64,000 nt of DNA from Pristiophorus japonicus. Lineage: Eukaryota. Every line of letters starts with the position of its first letter. The stretch's first letter is position 1. The DNA lies in assembly GCF_044704955.1 (NCBI RefSeq), contig NC_091999.1:25916001-25980000 (forward strand), in the 5' to 3' direction. A program made the position numbers and the translations under genes. This document shows, one piece after another, positions 62,335-64,000 of this stretch. The notes beneath the pieces are model-generated. The model was not told where the DNA came from, did no database searches, and saw nothing but the letters and a program-made list of their open reading frames with translations.

Positions 62335-64000
62335 CGTAAGAAATAGGAGCAGGAATAGGCCATTTGGGCCCTCGAGCCTGCTCTGCCATTCCATAAGATT
62401 ATGGCTGATCTGATCATGGACTCAGCTCCAATTCCCTGCCCGCTCCCCATAACCCTTTACTCCCTTATCGTTCAAAAATCTGTCGACCTCCACCTTAAAT
62501 ATATTCAATGACCCAGCCTCTACAGCTCGCTGGGGCAGAGTATTTCACAGATTTACAACCCTCTGAGAGAAGAAAGTTCTCCTCATCTCAGTTCTAAATG
62601 GGCGGTCCCTTATTCTAAGACGATGTCCTTTAGTTTTAGTTTCCCCTATGAGTGCAAATATCCTCTCTGCATCCACCTTATCGAGCCCTCTCATTATCTT
62701 GTATGTTTCAATAAGATCACCTCTTATTGTTCTGAACTCCAAAGAGTATCGGCCCAACCTATTCAACCTATCTTCAGAAGACAACCTCCTCATATCCGGA
62801 ATCAACCGAGTGAACCTTCTCTGACAGCCTCCAATGCAAGTATATCCCTCCTTAAATAAGGAGACTAAAACTGTACGCAGTACTCCAGGTGTGGCCTCAC
62901 CAATACCCTGTACAGTTGTAGCAGGACTTCTCTGCTTTTATACTCTATCCCCCTTGCAATAAAGGCCAACATTCCATTTGCCTTCCTGATTACTTGCTGA
63001 ACCTACAAACTAACTTTTTGTGTTTCATGCACAAGGACCCCCAGGTCTCTCTCTACTGCAGCACTTTGCAATTTTTCTCCATTTAAATTATAATTTGTTT
63101 TTCTATTATTTTTGCCAAAGTGGATAATCTCACAGTTTCCCACATTATACCCCATCTGCCAAATTTTTGCCCACTCATTGAGCCTGTACAGATTTTTTGT
63201 GTCCTCCTCACAATTTGCTTTCCCACCCATCTTTGTATCATCAGTAAACTTGGCAACATTATACTCTGTCCCTTCATCCAAGTCAATAATATAAATTGTA
63301 AATAGTTGAGGACCCAGCACCGATCCCTGAGGCACCCCACTAGTCACTGTTTTCCAACTGGAAAATGAACCATTTATCCCGACTCTCTGTTTTTTGTCAG
63401 CTCACCAATTCTCTACCCATGCTAATATATTGCCCCCAACCCAGTGAGCTTTTTTCTTGTGCAGTAACCTCTTATGTGGCACCTTATCGAATGCCTTCTG
63501 GAAATCCAAATACACCACATCCACTGGTTCCCCCTTATCTACCCTGCTCGTTACATCCTCAAAGTACTCCAGTGAATTTGTCAAACCTGATTTCCCTTTC
63601 ATAAAACCATGCTGACTCTGCTTGATTGAATCATGCTTTTCCAAATGTCCCATTACTGCTTCCTTAATTATGGACTCCAACATTTTCCCAACGACAGATG
63701 TTAGGCAAACTGGTCTGTAGTATCCTGCTTTTTGTCTGCCTCCTTTTTTAAATAGGGGCGTTACATTTGTGGTTTTTCAATCTGTTGGGACCGCCCCAGA
63801 ATCCAGGGAATTTTGGTAGATTACAACCAATGCATCCGCTATCTCTGCAGCCATTTCTCTTAACACCCTAGGGTGTAAGGCATCAGGTCCAGGGGACTTG
63901 TTCGCCTTTAGTCCCATTATTTTACCGAGTACCACTTCATTACTGATAGTGATTGCATTAAGTTCCTCCCTACCTATCGCCCTTGATTATCCACTATTGG
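62335..64000 (-). mobile_element. CR1 LINE RT + 3' UTR (continues beyond the window)
   Basis: SQHGFMKGKS..YLDFQKAFDKVPH; GVPQGSVLGPQLF; RRTFFSQRVVNL. Confidence 0.92.

Overview
Eukaryotic, cartilaginous-fish (shark/ray)-like genomic DNA, judged by the shark-type IgM exons, the GPR139-like and C2H2-ZNF families, CR1/HER-type LINEs and Deu-SINEs. It is mostly transposon- and minisatellite-derived. Non-TE content, left to right: (1) a two-exon GPR139-like GPCR pseudogene (+, 3.1-6.0 kb); (2) a convergent IgM heavy-chain constant region (-, 13.5-21.2 kb) with a wrecked Cmu1, intact Cmu2, frameshifted Cmu3, open Cmu4 whose tailpiece lacks its Cys, and intact TM1/TM2. I found no V, D, J or leader, and a CTCF-like site lies just 3' of it; (3) an ~11.4 kb decaying tandem array of Leu(TAA)-Asp(GTC)-Ser(AGA) tRNA genes where the V-D-D-J should be; (4) a full-length Mag-like Gypsy LTR element nested in a CR1 and itself hit by a CR1; (5) a 7-finger C2H2-ZNF pseudogene split by a solo LTR; (6) two divergent CpG-island promoters sharing an inverted ~75-bp module with a TGGAGGACC-N12-GGTCCTCCA dyad, each followed by a GC-rich VNTR. 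No intact protein-coding host gene is evident. All coordinates and alignments were read by eye, family comparisons are from memory, and TE boundaries are approximate.
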